The translations under genes were made by a program, and so were the position numbers. The notes under the pieces were generated by a model. That model was not told the origin of the DNA. It ran no database searches and saw nothing but the letters and a program-made list of their open reading frames with translations. Positions 1-11,600 of a stretch of DNA of 64,000 nucleotides are shown in pieces (the stretch's first letter is position 1; each line of letters begins with the position of its first letter). This DNA comes from Nymphaea colorata (taxonomy: Eukaryota), in the NCBI RefSeq assembly GCF_008831285.2, contig NC_045138.2, forward strand, positions 29,016,001 through 29,080,000. Direction: 5' to 3'.

Positions 1-1239
1 CGAGTGAGTGACCGTCGAGGAAAGGGGTTCCCCGTCGCCGGTGCACCCACCTCCTCACAGTTGGCCACGTGTCCTTGACCACCGCTTGTTAAGCCTTTCG
101 ACACGAGCAACCTCACATGCAGCGCCTGACGCGATCACATGCGTGCGGGCCCCACAGAAAACTCTTATTATGAAAAAGCCCATAATTTCCATTCGCTTTT
201 TTTTTCTTAAAAATAATTAAAAAAAGGGAAAAAAAAAGGAAGAAAAGAGTGAGAAAACCTCTACGCCAAGCAACACCGATACCCCGGCTTTTTCCCCTTT
301 TTTTTTTTTTCTCTCCCCTTTATCTCTTTTCTTTTCACCGTCGCTTTTAATCCAAGTAAAAACGAGAAAGGAATGATGAGTAAGGTCGTATGGCCAATAA
401 AGCCCCCGGATCTTTCCCAATTGACATTTATTTCCCTGGTTGTGGTGGGTGCATTGCTAGGCTGCAACGGACTCGGGTTGGTTCTAAGCCGTCTTCGAGT
501 CGCAGTGTGGACTTATAGACTTTTCTGACTCATTGAGCCAGCCGAGCAGAGACTAGGTTAGAGACACCGTGAATCATGCCCCTAATCAGGCCAGACCTTC
601 GACCTTGGCCCGAAGGTTCGGCAGGCGAGAGCGACCTGTGATGGGCATGATGACAAGAGAAGAATTTGGTTGGGCTCGGCCGGGTTCCTGGCACGTACCA
701 CAAGTCAAACATGAGGTCCGTGAAATACTCGGCTTGGAGTTACACCAGGTTGGACCGAGTGGGGTTCGGCGAAGGCCTTGGATGCCATTGTTGTGGACAA
801 CGCAGGGCTTGTCATTATGCGCGAGGTTTCCACTGCTTGAAAACGGAGGTCGTGTCCTAATGTAAAGGGTAAAATGGTCAACCAAAAAATACAGGACACG
901 TTGATGTTATGGATATTTTAATGTCCGAAATCGCTTCACATAGACGAGAATGACGATATTCTCCTCAGGGGCAGAAGCGTCAACTCAGTAACTGGTCGTG
1001 GAGGCCACAATCCGGCCTTTGCGATCGAGCAAGCGAGCTCTTCACGTCTTGACTCTAGGGGTCTCAAAGGTCATTCTCTGAGAAGATGGAGGACATGTGC
1101 GCCATTCCGGAGGACATAGCTGACGTCGCCACGAAAGGCGGGGCCCGCTTGGTCACCATTGGGGGCAATCAGGTCTCCGGGTCCCACGCCGCAACGCGCT
1201 GTCCGGGCCTGCCTGAGGAGCGACCGGGTCCCCCCTGGT

Positions 1240-1346
1240 GCCACGTGGCGCACTCTAACATGGTGACAAGGCGGTAAGTCCTCCACGTGGGACCATTCGC
1301 TTGAGGGAAAAAAGGGCACCAATCTCCTCCTCGTTGGCAACGTGGC
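1240..1346. promoter_or_regulatory. G-box/ABRE cluster upstream of the GATA gene
   Basis: Palindromic GCCACGTGGC at 1240-1249, CACGTG at 1284-1289 and ACGTGGC at 1340-1346. A further CACGTG lies at 66-71. Function is inferred from motif identity only. Confidence 0.4.
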
Positions 1347-2308
1347 AAGATCCGGGCCGTTGGAAGCCGACCAAGTCGAGCTGTAAGCGCGGTGGGGGAA
1401 CGTGCGTTTTTATTTTTTAAACAAAGAAAAAGTGAAAAAAATCCTAGCGCAATTGCCGAGGGCCGAGTAGAGAAAAGCGCAAAAACAAAAGGGTTAAAAT
1501 CATTTTCTGAAAAATCAGGACATAAGGAGAGAGGGTGACGGAGTCGAGCTGTAAAACTAACGCACGATTATAAGCGACAAACCAGGGTGATAAATTACAA
1601 TCATGTCCTTAATTTCAGTTATCGATACCAAAAATAACTTCCCTTCTAGTTTTTCCATTGTGGTGTCCGGGCCTATCGAGTAGTTTGGTCGTTAGAAGAC
1701 AAGGTCTTCCGGTTGTTCTCTTTTATTTATTTTATTGTATACAATTTAAGTAAGAGATAATGTAAATATATGAATTTTTATTTTAAATGAAAATGAGAAA
1801 TCAATTTGACAATGCTTAAACGCATTTACTGTTGCATCATTAAACACACGCGATCATAATAATGTATATACATATATTTTTTGAAATAAGTGAGCTGGGA
1901 TTAGGCAGGGAGACTCAACTGAATGAAGCAGCGTCTCGGAATGAGAGAAGGGCATATTCGTAGTTAAACGAGAAGGTGGCGCCATTTACTGATGCCCAAC
2001 AATTATGGTGACATTTTTTTCTGCTTTTTAACATATTTTTCTTGACCCTCTCTTTTTTTGTTTATTTAATTTTTAAAATTTTTTCTCGCTCTCATAAGAT
2101 GCCTCTCGAGTCTCCACCTTCATTCCCCACCATTTTAGCTGTCCTTGTCTTCCACCCCTCACCTTCCTTTTCTCTCTCTCTCTCTTTCTCTCCCCTGTGT
2201 CTCGCTCTTCCTTCTCAAATAAACCCTATCAGAACCCTCATTTCTGCACTGATTTCTTTCTCCTGAGAGCTCTCAGGTAGCGGATTCTTCAGGGACTCTT
2301 GAAACGGA

Positions 2309-3414
2309 ATGGATGAGCCGGAGTTTCTCCAGGCAGGAGGTTTCCGAGCAGGGGTACCTCAATTCTCGCCGGAGAGGAAGGTCTGCGACTTCAAGAATGT
2401 CGATTTCTTCCCTATCGAAGACCTACTCGACTTTTCCAACGAGGATGTCTCTGGGGGCCTGGAGACTGGCGGGGGCAATTCTACCGACTCCTCCACGATC
2501 ACCGCTGGGGAGACTGCCGGTAGCTGCAACTCGTCCTTCTCCGGCGACTGCGGTTATTTTGGAGACTCCAACTTTGCCGGGGAAATTTGCGTTCCTGTAA
2601 GCAATTGTTTTTGTCTTGCTTTGTGCGCAAAGCTAGGAGGAGTTTTTGTCTGATTATGTATGCTGGGGGTTTCTATTTCTTTGGACAGTATGATGATCTA
2701 GCTGAGTTGGAGTGGGTTTCCAACTTCATGGAGGACTCGTTCTCCAGCGAGGACTTGGAGAAGCTTCAGATAATCTCGGGGGCAAAGTCTGGGAACGAGG
2801 CCCCAGGTGCGACGGAGAGTAAGTTCTCAGCCGCCGGCGACTCGTCGCCGCCGGTCGAGGTCGCGCGTTCAAACCCGAGCTTCAACCCGGATGCACCAGT
2901 GCCAGCCCGGGCGCGGAGCAAACGCCCCCGATCGGCCGCGTGCAACTGGACGTCTCGGCTCGCGGCGCTCTCGCCGATGTCTTCTTCGTCGGAATCAACC
3001 GAAACGATGCTGCCTGCTCGGAAGCTTCCAAAGGAATCGGGGAAACCAGCGAAGAGAAGGGACGTCGTCGAGCACCCGGAGGGCCGGAAATGCCTGCATT
3101 GCGCGACGGACAAGACTCCGCAGTGGCGAACTGGTCCGATGGGCCCCAAGACGCTCTGCAACGCCTGCGGCGTCCGGTACAAGTCGGGCAGGCTCGTGCC
3201 GGAGTACCGCCCCGCCGCTAGCCCGACGTTCGTCCTCACCAAGCACTCGAATTCCCACCGGAAGGTGCTCGAGCTCCGGAGGCAGAAGGAGATGCAGAGA
3301 TCGCAGCAGCAATTCTTACAGCAGGCGGGCGGAGTCTTCAATCTCTCGGCCGGAAACGATGCCGGGGACGAGTACTTGATCCAGACGGGCCCCGGTTTCC
3401 GGCACCTCATCTGA
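2309..3414 (+). CDS. GATA zinc-finger transcription factor, plant class A (GATA9/GATA12-like), 2 exons, ~337 aa
   Basis: Exons 2309-2596 and 2689-3414, joined by a phase-0 GT..AG intron. The splice gives the conserved '[17 protein letters not shown]' motif. The zinc finger is C-X2-C-X18-C-X2-C ([22 protein letters not shown]) followed by [30 protein letters not shown]-terminal [12 protein letters not shown] motif present. Confidence 0.95.
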
Positions 3415-6299
3415 AGAACGAGATGCCGCGCCATTCTTTTCTAATTTTGCCTCTCGATTTTGTTGTCAGAAGGATTTAGGTCTAGCTTAGGCAAAAGAGG
3501 ATACAAAATTGGAGTACTTACAGCGTAGCTCGAAGGAGTCCTTGCTTTTTTCTCTTCTCTGTAAAAGAGTCGAGTTCTTAGTCCCTTCCATTTCTTTCCC
3601 CCCATCTTTTCTTTTCCTTTCTCCTTTTTTCCTTGCTTGTATTTTTTGAATCCGGTTAGGGTTTTATTCTTACGGTTTTCCACAATAGGGAAATGAAAAC
3701 CTACAAAGAATTGGTTCAACCATATTTGTTTTCTGATAATTTGCGGAACTTCTCAAGCATCCTGAAAGAATATCACACCGAATTTGTTTCCGTTCCATGA
3801 ATTCCCTCCCATTAATGGAAAGAAAATGAGAAGAAGCAATTCTCAGAATGACAGGGTCTCTGTCTTTCTCTCTTTTTCTGGCAGTATCTCCGGCAAACAG
3901 TCAAGCGGTGAAATTTCGGCTATTTCTCCTCCCTCTCCTTTAATTTGTCGGCAGAAGACCACAACTCTCTCTCTCTCTCCACTTCTTTCAAGCGCAAGCT
4001 AAGTCTTCGGCAACGACAAATTATCACGAGACGGTGCTACCGATGAGACGGCTCCTTGAGTTTTCCGGTCCCTGGCGGAAGCTCTGAGGGCCGTAGGCCG
4101 GGCAGTTTCCGGGAACTCCGTCTCCTGGCAAAACGCCATGCCGTTACGCATGGGTTTCCGTTCTCCCTTCCCGCCCGAATCGGGACCTGTAAGGCACGGA
4201 ATTTCTCGTCCTGGGGATTCGAAGCCTGCGGCAAATCATGCCCTCGATTCTCGCGGCAATCCGTATCGATTCCCTGGACGCTGCCTCACTGAGTCGTACG
4301 CTACTCAATGTCACCACACCTCACACCGCACTTTCCAACATGAATCGGGTTCAAACCGAGTCGCCCGATTAATTTTGATCGCTAGTCGTACTTGCTACGG
4401 ATTGCCGGCGGTTCACTTTATCGTTGGAGGGGGGAATTTCCCGACTTTCCGTTATTGTCCTCAAAAGATTTCTGAAAAGACACGAATATACTCTGCGTAG
4501 TCAACTCCTCCTCCTCTCCTCCCCATCGCTCCTCTACCGGTCAAACACTGCACCATATTTTACCGCACTATTGGTTGAAGCACAAAAGACCGGTGGGCCC
4601 CCCCAGCTTTCTTCCAACGACCTTGATGTCCCAAACGCGGCGGCAGCATTCCTTGCGAGTGGAGGCCATGATGGCGGAGACCGAAGGGCGAAGAAAAGTG
4701 AAGGACGGTTTGGCGAATAGGAGAAAAGGAAAGGGACAGTTTGGTAAGTCAAAATGACGGAAACGTCCTCCGGGAAGTGCGGTTCTTGAAGCGGCCTAGG
4801 CCGGGGGATGTGGGTGCGGGTCATCCGCGCGGACATGCCTGCACGAGAGAGCACCGAGTGGTGCGCGCACGCAACTTCCGGGCTGGGGGTCAAGCACATG
4901 GGGCGGGGAAGGTGGTGGGCCGCACATGTGGCTCACGTGAGGCAAGGAGGCACGAAAGAGGACGTCGACCGCCCCCGGGATTGTCGATAATGCCTTGTCT
5001 CTCCCCGCCGACGCGCCCAATAAAGAAATCGCCGCCTGCGCCCCTCGGTCGCACCAAAATCAAATCCATGTGCCGGGGATTGGGAGGGAAGACCAGGGGC
5101 ATTTCCGTCATACCACTCAAGCCTGAGTTTTCCTTGGAGTGTAGTGGTACCGAAGTGCTTGTTCACGTGATGCAAATGAATCCAATTAAGTGAATACGGA
5201 ACGAGTCCAGATCCCCTGATCTGGATCTGGTATCCAAACTCACGTCCAACTCTGGCTCGTATTCGGATCCAGCCCAAAACTGGCTCTCCATATATTTAGT
5301 GAATCACTACCTGCATTTCGCTTCTTGATAAAGATAGGCGCACAATGGATATTGGATCCACTGCAGGCCTTCTTCAGCCTTGTTTGTATACCAAATCAGA
5401 TTCAAATCCAGCTCTCAAGAATTTATACTAAATCAGATTCATGAGAAATGGACGGCGACGGGATTTCTGGTCCCGGCCGGCAACTTCAGGATTTCGGCGC
5501 CACCGGAATCCTGGATAGTTAAATATGGTGTAGACTGTAGACTGATTGATGTGTCCACCCAAATCAGACGCAATCGTATTTATGCAAGATCTACCAACGT
5601 TGCTTAGACGTCACAAGGTCTTTTTTGTTGCTTAATAATTGTACCATGTGAGGATTAGAATACTAACTAAGCCAAGCATAGGTGCATTATATTAGTGACA
5701 TTATATTAGCAGGCACATGTGCATGGGCATTGGATGACAACCAGTGTGGTTCCTCTCTCAAACATCAGCAATAATAATACATTGTGGTTGTCCAGCCACC
5801 TTAATCAAGACAGATGGCCCACAATTGTCTGATATTGAGGCTGCCGTTGGAAAGCGGACGCCGCCGACAATAGCATGGCTGATTGCAGCACAGATTATGG
5901 TCAGTGTCGGAGTCAGAAATTTTTAGTCGAGAAGCATTAATACTTCAAAATTGTGAATTTTTAGGGGTCGTTTGGCCTGGATAATAAAATGTTAGTTTTT
6001 CAATGCCAAACAGTTTTTTAAGGGATAAATTAAAAAAGAATGAAAGAATGAATATCAAGCTATTGTTGTCATGTGCTTTACAGTTGCAGACTTTTCAGTA
6101 ATTCCAAAGCACCATGGCTTATCCAGGGGTGGGGGCAGGTGTGGGCAGTTGCCCACATGGAGCCAACAAAAACACTTAATTTTGTATATTGACACTTTAA
6201 GACAATTTTTCTCATTTACATGTTGATTCCCTTAAAAAAACATAAAGTTCATTATTAGTGGCCTCTTAACTTCACATGTATCACCATTGAACTAAATCA

Positions 6300-7950
6300 T
6301 ACTCTTCAGCCCAGAAACACCTAGCACCTACTGAATCCAAGGCTCCCAAAGAGCTTCTTTCCCACTTTTTGAATCATATTCTCCAGAGTAAGTCTGGGAT
6401 AAACATTAGAGTGGTAAATACCACCCTGCACTACATGACCTATTTCTTCCCACCTCCAAAATAGCAATTTCCACACCTAGGAGTAGTTTAGACTATAGTC
6501 ACAAATAACGTTTCAGAATTTTAAACGGTAAGGTTTTTCTCGGATATAATACAGCGAGCTTGAAAAAAATGAGAAAAAAAACGGTAAATTTTTAAAAAAT
6601 TTAAAAAAGTAAAAATAAGGAGAAAATAAATAAGTAAGGAACTAATAACACAAACATAAAAAAAGATAAGTAGATTTACAACTTTAGACCCACCCCCATC
6701 TGCAGTGGGAAGACAAATATTAGGCTAACTAGATACGAACATGACATCTTCTACCAGTTTCTGAATCCCCCGACACACATCAAATGCACAGTTTTTCAAT
6801 CTCACGAATTACTTTCAATGGCAGTCTGAAAACTAAGAACCAGTAATTAACAACTGACAAGGAATGAAAATGTTTTTTTCCAACTTAATAATTTCTTCAT
6901 GATTTTACTGCACAGCATCTCGGAATTACCATGGAATAGGAGCAGTCCAAGGTAGTCGTTTGATTGGCAAAGTTCCCTGCATTCAGTATCATTAATTTTA
7001 AAAGGAAAGAGCACCGATTTTTCATCCTGCCCTGGATTCAAATTTCACTTAACACCAGCAGTAGCCTGCTGATTGAGGAAGTGTCTGCATTTTGCTGAAG
7101 AGGACAATATCATCAGTGAAAAACAGTCCGGGCCCAAGTCTGTCATGATCTCTGAACCTTGGAATCTTAATTCTGCTATCAGCAATTTCCACCTTCAATG
7201 TTCTTGATAACAGTACTTCTGTCACCGCCAGAAAACGAAGTGGGGGACAGTTCTGTATTCATCTTGTCAAAATCATTAAGACACCATTCCTTATAACTCC
7301 ATTCACTTTTAAGAGAATTCTCCCTTTGTTATTGTCATTTTTAACTGCTGCCTGGTAGTATCATGTGTTTTCGACGCCATTTGCAACTAGTTCACACGTC
7401 GATGCCCCCACAAGCCGCAAAATCAAGGAATCCAATATTTTGTCTATCATCATTCTGATCTCCCCACAATCTCAACAGTTCTCCAACCAACAATAAAACG
7501 ATCGAGCTAGTTCATCAGCCTGCCGTATATTAGAGAAAAACATGTATTCCCTACAACTTATTCGCCACCTTTCAAAATTTGTTCCATTCATCATAGAGTC
7601 AAGGAAGAAAATCACATCAGGATTACCCTCACCATGCTCGGACGTTTTCTGATCTTTTCCAGATTTCTGCACTGCCTCCTTTCTTTTCCTGAAATCTCTC
7701 TGATAAGGCACCCTGTTTTTCAACTCTTTCTTCCTATCTCGGCTTTAATGTAGTGGTGATCAGGTGTGTTTTGTTCTTTCGTCTCACCTTCCCTCATTTT
7801 GGTCATTCATCTCTCCCAAAGATGGATGGTCCAAAGAAAAACAAGGAGGAGGAGCATAAGTTGTTAATTAATGGTAGATGACTCCAGTGAATTAACGTCT
7901 AGAAAAAGTGTGTGGTCGACAGAGAGCCTGTTCTCAAACACAGTGTTGGT
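6300..7950 (-). mobile_element. Degenerate LINE (L1-type) retrotransposon ORF2 remnant
   Basis: Minus-strand translation gives broken but correctly ordered plant LINE ORF2 motifs: 'LSP..', 'LFFTDDIVLFSK' (RT FADD box, ~7109-7120), 'YLGLLLF..KIMKKLLSWKK' (6847-7041), 'NYWFLVFRLPLKVIREIEKLC' (~6785-6848), 'ICLPTADGG' (~6690-6718) and 'LLWRI/LWEPWI' (~6330-6390). Many stops and frameshifts. Boundaries approximate. Confidence 0.8.
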
Positions 7951-8335
7951 GGAAAACATAGAAGCAATGGTTCTGTGAGAACGCAGGTTTCAACTCATTA
8001 AAGCTTGAAGATATTGGTAGATCTATAACATATCAAGCAACATTATCTAAGCCGAAGAAAGATGAATTTCATCACTTGGATTTTAAGCATATCCTAAAGG
8101 GATCATAAACGCGTTAGCAATGACGTAAATTTCCAATTTGATAAGCAATTTTGCTCAAAATGACTTTGGAGCATATGGAGAGAGGTCATATAAACAGAGA
8201 CATTAAAGAAACAGTACTCGTGGAGTTTGAATTTGGATTCACGTTCAAATGTAAGAAGATGAGATAATACGGTGTGACATTCATTTTCATGCACATCTTA
8301 TAGGCTAATGACATCTTCCAACCATTTTGGCTGTT

Positions 8336-8338
<3 letters not shown>

Positions 8339-8399
<61 letters not shown>
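8339..8399. repeat. (AT)n microsatellite, ~30 units
   Basis: Direct reading. Confidence 0.95.
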
Positions 8400-8402
<3 letters not shown>

Positions 8403-8692
8403 TTGATATATGATGTGAAAGTAGCAAGAGAAGAATGTCTCTGAACCATGTTCTTTTGTTACCCGAATTTTCTTATAGCGTTGTCCCACAAAATCACCTT
8501 CATTATGCGGAAAAAAATTAAAATTACTTGTAAATTTCAAAGATAAGAGCCATTTGTACGTCATGTCATCTGCGAGGGTAAGCATGGAAAAAGAAAATCC
8601 CGGACAGCACCATACGCGCCCATAAGTATGCCCTTCCTCTTGTTTCTCTTGTTCTTTTGCTGTAGCGACCGAGCAAATCGAGGGGGAAGAAG

Positions 8693-11600
8693 ATGACAGC
8701 CCTAGTCGAGAACGGGGTCCAGCATGCCAACGGCGAGCGGTCGGAGCTAGGGCTAGGGTTTCATGCCGCCTCGGAGAACGGCGCGGTCTCGCAGAAGAAG
8801 TTGAGGGAGAGCGAGCGGAGGAGGAGGCGGCGGAAGCAGAAGAAAGAGAAGGGCCAAAAAAATGATTCTGAGGGGGCCGACGGCGAGGGCGTCACGGACG
8901 GCGAAACTCGCCAGAACGATCAGGTCGGTTGATGCCTACGGGTTTGAAACCCTTCTTTCTTTTTTGTTGGTTCGTTTCTTTAGTGATGTCGTGTCCATGT
9001 TTCAGTTGTTCCTGCTTTCCCGCCGCCTGAGTTTTGTGTTTGTGATTCTGGTGAAATGTCCCCATGGAATTGTTGCACTATCTTGTGGTGTACAATTAGT
9101 TATTTTGTTTGGGGATTGCAAATGCCTCTTATATGTTCTGTTGATTTTGGGGATTTGGTGTGCTTCTGTTGCATTTGCGCTTTATTTGTTGGTAAGAACA
9201 ATTTGGGTTATGGCATTTGAAGAATGGCTGCGGTTGCTCGTTACTCTGGAAAGTTTTAATGATTTAGAGCGTATTTTGTGTGGATATTATGTGGTTTAAT
9301 ATGTGTCTTGGCCATCCAACCTTTTTTATTCTGGACCTGGAAATCATCTTTTACCGAATTCAAGTTGCAACTACGTTTTAGGATTATTTTGTAGAGCGTC
9401 TGGAAGCTTTTGACTTGGAAGTTTATGCGTATTCGTGCACTGGAAGTATGTGGAAGTGAAAGGCTCCGCAATTTCTATTTTCTGGGTTACTAGAAGTTGG
9501 AACTTGGTGCATCTTCATTGTCCTTAGTTTTCCTTTATCAATTGCTTCCCTTCTTTCCTTCTTTTGTTTGTTTACTTCTTTTGTGATACTGTCTATAACT
9601 ATGTTACCGTTTTCACAATTTATGCTTCTTCTTTTTTTGTCGACTCTCTAGTCGAATCGGTGGTCGCTGTGATCTTCCTGAGACAGGTGTTCTCCTCAAG
9701 TTTAATGGTGAATCTAAGCTACTGTGTCATCATGTCTTCCCTCTACCTGTGTAAACTTGGCAAAGCGAAAAAGAAAAGTGGGGGAAATAGCCTATGATGT
9801 GAAAGGAAAACTTTTCATTGCAAATGTTTTTGCTTTTATTGGCTGCCATTTTTGCTCCATGTACAAGTACTTGTGTTATATAACTTTTTGTATTTACCCA
9901 GTTTTTGCCTTTTTTGCCTCCTGCTGTGAACGGGAAATACTGATCGCTTTGTGTTTATTGATACTTCGTGTTCTCCTTGATGAATATTATGTTACTGAGA
10001 TGTGTTCATTGTTAGGGTCTGGAGAAAGTTGAGGTGGAATACGTCCCAGAAACAACTGATATAGATGATGATCTGCTGGATGATTTCAAAAAAGTATTTG
10101 AGAGATTCAGCTTCTCTGAGGCTGGCATAGCTGTGGAGGTACTGATTAGCTGCTTGTCTCTCAATTTCAGTAGAAGATCTGTGATAAAATTTGTTCCCTT
10201 TTTTTTTTTTGGTGGTTGAAGCTTTCCTACAAAGTTACTTTTTTACTTGTAGGATGGTGAGAAGAAAGATGAAGCTGCAAAGGATGCAGCTTCCAAAAAG
10301 AAGGTTGACTCCGACTCCGAGGAGGATGAACAGGACACACAACAGAAGGAGAGGGGAATTTCAAATAAAAAAAAGAAGGTTTGGGCATTTTTAGAATGAA
10401 GTGGTAGAAAATCTATTGTCTGCTCCTAGCTTGCTCTCATTGATTGTGCTTCTTCTTCTTTTTTTTTTTTTGCAGCTTCAACGTCGAATGAAGATAGCTG
10501 AACTGAAACAGATATGCTCAAGGCCGGATGTGGTTGAGGTTTGCTTTCTGTGTTGACTTTTCCTTGTCACGTTCTTTTTCAAGTCTTTCTTTTTAGTTTC
10601 TGAGTCTCTGACTGTAGTTATTTTCTGGATCAAATTTCGTAGTCTTTTTCTTTACTTCAGTTCAAATTATCTCCAAGCTTGGTCAGTCAGGGATTAGCAA
10701 AGCATGGCACTGTCAGGAAATTTGTATCTATCTAATTGAGAGGAAAATGAGTAAAGCAGTGGAACCTTGGAGTAGCATGTTATTGGAAAAAATCAGAGAA
10801 CTAGAAAAATACAAACCAAAAGTATAATGTGCAAGCTGAAGATGGTGTATTTGAAAAAAAAAAAAACATCAGCATATAAGGTGCAAGCTGAAGATAGTGT
10901 ATTTGAAAGGACATCAATAGTACACTTATATTGAATGGATAAAGTTTGAGATGAACTAGTGGTATGTTGTGATGACAATAAAAACGTATTACTTCCCCAC
11001 TAGGTTGCTCTAAATCAACCCTGCTGGTGCTTGAGATGCCATAAGAAGAGAGAATTTTGTCTATGGATGTGCACGTGGTAAGATGATTTGTGGAGTTAAC
11101 CGGATGCCATCACATTTCATCACACTACCATATGAGTTGCACTAATAAACGAAATGTGGTTAAAACTTAATTATGGTCATTGGTAAGAAAGGCTAGCTTG
11201 ATACAAGTTGATGGGACTATTGAAGAAGGAATCTTGAGATTATGTCAGCAGTTGTAAAGTCACAAGTAAAAGGGGTGCAATGCCATCTATGCCATATTGT
11301 AGATGGTTCATTGTAGTTGAATTTAATAAAATTGCCTATGACCATATGGTAATGAGTTTTCCTGGACTTGGAGACAGATCTCTGAGATGATATGGCAGTT
11401 ATAAAGTCATCAAGTTTATAGCTTTTGGAAATAAGATGCAGAAAGGCAGGTTGTTTGATAAGGATGTTTGCAGTTGTCAGCAGCTTCATGCTATTTTTAG
11501 GGCACCAGGAACATTGAAAGTGGATTTGAAAGAAAAAGATCTTTTATTGCTTTTAGAAAGTGTTTAGGTTTCTTTGTCACATGGGTACTGCTGTAAAGGC

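Noticed and set aside
470..1340. GC-rich block with several short ORFs, possibly a retroelement relic
   Set aside because: No LTR, PBS, PPT or protein motif could be identified.
2766..3434. 222-aa antisense ORF and other overlapping ORFs on the GATA gene
   Set aside because: Shadow frames of a GC-rich coding exon with no recognisable motifs.
4037..5277. Many overlapping 60-150 aa ORFs in GC-rich DNA downstream of GATA
   Set aside because: No domain, consistent frame or splice structure; expected from low stop-codon density.
10980..11520. Faint resemblance to a copia gag N-terminus (VIGKKG..DGTI) in SF3B2 intron 4
   Set aside because: Too short and broken to support without a translated search.
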